DNA of 36,536 bases. Origin: Nanohaloarchaea archaeon B1-Br10_U2g21 (lineage in GTDB: Archaea; Nanohalarchaeota; Nanosalinia; Nanosalinales; Nanosalinaceae). Numbering within the stretch: the stretch's first letter is position 1; each line of letters opens with the position of its first letter. The notes below the pieces were generated by a model. That model did no database searches, had not been told where the DNA came from, and saw nothing but the letters and a program-made list of their open reading frames with translations. Location: assembly GCA_001563915.1 (NCBI GenBank), contig LKMP01000008.1, forward strand, positions 1 to 36,536. Direction: 5' to 3'. Positions 34,354 through 36,536 of this stretch are shown piece by piece. Position numbers and translations under genes: made by a program.

Positions 34354-35685
34354 TTAGTTAGGAGTTATTTTCGCAGCTCCATGACCATCTCCAAATAAAT
34401 ATAGGGATTCATTATGAAACTCGATATTTCTTAGCCTATGGTTAACAGCCTCATACTCTAATTCATCCTTTATGTAAAATACTTCACTATCAATTCGATC
34501 TCCTTGTCCATCAGTAAGTATTCTATAAACTATGCTCCCTCTAAGACCGGTGACGAAATAGCTGTTATACCATTCATGATCGGGATCATCTACAAAAGTA
34601 GTTCCTGAAGGAGCTAAGGTCCATTCTTCAAAACACTGTAATGGGTCTGTGGTATTCTCAACTTCTATATCTTGATACTCATAGCCGCATTTCTCACCAG
34701 GCCAGCCGTAATTTGCACCAGACTCTATAACGTTAACCTCATCATGCCTCCAAGGACCATGCATAGATACAAAGGCCTGCCCAGTCTCAGGATGAAAATC
34801 AATGCCTTGAGGATTGCGTAAGCCATAAGAATAGACGTAACTGTCTTCAAAAGCATTATCTTCTGCAGGATTTCCATCAAGATCAATTTTTAGGACCTTG
34901 CCTCCAAGAAAATCAGGATCCTGAACTCGCTCATGCAGATCTTCATTAGAGGTTTTAGCATATTCTGAGTCGCCGGTTGTAATGTGGAGATAGTTGTCAG
35001 GGCTTATGGCCAGCCTTCCTCCTGAGTGACCTCTATTAGCTTCAATGTTGTCGATTAAAACTTTTTCATCAGTAAGCTCTTGATCTCTGAACTCGAAACG
35101 AGACACACGATTGTAAATAGGATCGTTTACTTCTTCTTCAGCATCTTCGCTTACCTCACGATCATCAGAGTAGTAGAGCAGATAGATGTAATGGTTCTCT
35201 TCAAAATCTGGATCGGCTGCAATACCCAATAACCCTGAATTCCCCAGTCGTTCAACACCGTCTAGGTTAGCTCGTTTGGTCTCTTGTTCTCCATCATGCA
35301 TAACTACATTACCCTCCATCTCGGAATAGATCACACTACCGTCTTCAAGAATTTCAGAATCCCATGCAAGATTATGCCCGATATCAAATACGTCTACATC
35401 ATAGTCTTCTGCGGTTAATTCGGACGTAATATAATTCCCATCATCTGTAAAAAGAGTCACGTCTTCAATACCTTCAGACGTTCTCTCACAGTGATCTTCA
35501 TCATATTGTCCTTCACTCTCACAGTTCTCATATTCGGTTATATTTGTCCGTATACAGGTCTCATCTTCCTCAAAACTACAATCCCATACTTCATGTTTTT
35601 CAATAGCGTCTTCAGAGTAAATTATCACTAATCCTCCTAAAATAACAACTACTGATAATAGGGCCAGAATTTTTCCAGGAACCAT
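34354..35685 (-). CDS. Membrane-anchored PQQ-dependent sugar dehydrogenase (GSDH/YliI-like beta-propeller)
   Basis: GLLGIA.DPDF, H.GGRL..SPD, TGD, GLRNPQG, DEVN, NYGWP, APSG, R.R motifs; N-terminal TM and 4-Cys segment. Confidence 0.9.
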   Translation of the reverse strand: MVPGKILALLSVVVILGGLVIIYSEDAIEKHEVWDCSFEEDETCIRTNITEYENCESEGQYDEDHCERTSEGIEDVTLFTDDGNYITSELTAEDYDVDVFDIGHNLAWDSEILEDGSVIYSEMEGNVVMHDGEQETKRANLDGVERLGNSGLLGIAADPDFEENHYIYLLYYSDDREVSEDAEEEVNDPIYNRVSRFEFRDQELTDEKVLIDNIEANRGHSGGRLAISPDNYLHITTGDSEYAKTSNEDLHERVQDPDFLGGKVLKIDLDGNPAEDNAFEDSYVYSYGLRNPQGIDFHPETGQAFVSMHGPWRHDEVNVIESGANYGWPGEKCGYEYQDIEVENTTDPLQCFEEWTLAPSGTTFVDDPDHEWYNSYFVTGLRGSIVYRILTDGQGDRIDSEVFYIKDELEYEAVNHRLRNIEFHNESLYLFGDGHGAAKITPN

Positions 35686-35764
35686 GGAGACAAATCTACT
35701 TCAAATAGTTAAAAAGTATTCAAAGCTGTAGAGGTTAAATGTATCGAAGCTCCAAATATAGTGT

Positions 35765-36536
35765 ATGTCCGAATTCAAAGACGCACAAAAAAACCTGCTA
35801 CAGGCCTTAAAAACCATAGATGAAGACTCTTACTATGAACGATTAAAAGAACCTGAAAGATTTGTGGAAGTAAACTTCTCAGTTGAAATGGACTCTGGCG
35901 AAAAAAAGGTTTTCAAGGGATTCAGATCTCAACATTCAACGCTTAGAGGCCCCGCAAAAGGAGGTATAAGATTCGCACCTCATGTAAGTGAAGAAGAAGT
36001 TAAAGCCCTAAGTTTATGGATGACTTTGAAATGCGCAGTCGCAGATGTACCTTTTGGGGGTGCTAAAGGAGGAGTTATTGTAGATTCTAATAATCTATCA
36101 AGTTCAGAGGAAGAGCGTCTATCACGCAGATATATTGACTCAATTGCAGAAGTTATAGGTCCTAATAGAGACGTACCTGCTCCAGATATGAACACTACAA
36201 GTAAGCACATGGCCTGGATGATGGACGAGTACAGTAAAGAATCCGGAGATTTGACGCCGGGGATAATAACAGGTAAACCTGTAGAAGCCTTCGGTAGTAG
36301 AGGTCGCGCAGAGGCTACAGGTTATGGAGCAGCTTATATTGCAGAAAAGATAATACGCGATGAAGGAATTAAGAATCCAACTGCAGCAGTCCAAGGTTTC
36401 GGAAATGCAGCGGCGCCAGCAGTGAAAAAACTTGAGGATATTGGAGTTACAGTAGTTGCAGTATCTGATAGGGAAGGGGCTGCGTATGACGAGGACGGAC
36501 TAGATTACGAAGAATTATCTAATTTTGCAGAGAAAA
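35765..36536 (+). CDS. gdhA: Glu/Leu/Phe/Val dehydrogenase (glutamate dehydrogenase), truncated by the window end
   Basis: Hand translation from ATG 35765: RGPAKGGIRF, WMTLKCA, PFGGAKGG, DVPAPD, ITGKP, GRAEATGYG, VQGFGN. Confidence 0.93.
   Translation, partial: MSEFKDAQKNLLQALKTIDEDSYYERLKEPERFVEVNFSVEMDSGEKKVFKGFRSQHSTLRGPAKGGIRFAPHVSEEEVKALSLWMTLKCAVADVPFGGAKGGVIVDSNNLSSSEEERLSRRYIDSIAEVIGPNRDVPAPDMNTTSKHMAWMMDEYSKESGDLTPGIITGKPVEAFGSRGRAEATGYGAAYIAEKIIRDEGIKNPTAAVQGFGNAAAPAVKKLEDIGVTVVAVSDREGAAYDEDGLDYEELSNFAEK

Noticed and set aside
753-36394. Numerous short antisense or alternate-frame ORFs in the track (e.g. 4342-4833, 7345-7746, 25545-25964, 24864-25061, 35980-36394)
   Set aside because: They overlap well-supported genes or tRNAs and have the S/F/L-rich composition expected from the antisense of acidic proteins.

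Overview
AT-rich archaeal chromosomal segment with a strongly acidic proteome, tight gene packing and archaeal ribosomal/RNA polymerase genes. This fits a halophilic DPANN archaeon (Nanohaloarchaeota-like); the taxonomy is inferred. It holds a rpl18e-rpl13-rps9-rpoN cluster and three tRNAs (Glu-TTC, Leu-GAG, His-GTG). Surface and secreted genes include two subtilisins, two class III signal (pilin-like) proteins and an ABC exporter module. Metabolic genes include a three-gene split ATP-citrate-lyase-like operon, a lipoate salvage cluster, PduO and a partial glutamate dehydrogenase. Extracytoplasmic redox genes are a membrane-anchored CuA + two-domain multicopper oxidase, a VKOR fusion and a PQQ sugar dehydrogenase. 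The most notable signals are: (1) the CuA-laccase fusion, divergent from a His-bearing 4-TM protein that is a clear paralog of the VKOR C-terminal domain; (2) an unexplained 132-nt GC-rich three-way-junction RNA candidate; (3) the split citrate-cleavage operon; (4) an orphan CheD-like deamidase. No CRISPR array, transposase or integrase was seen.
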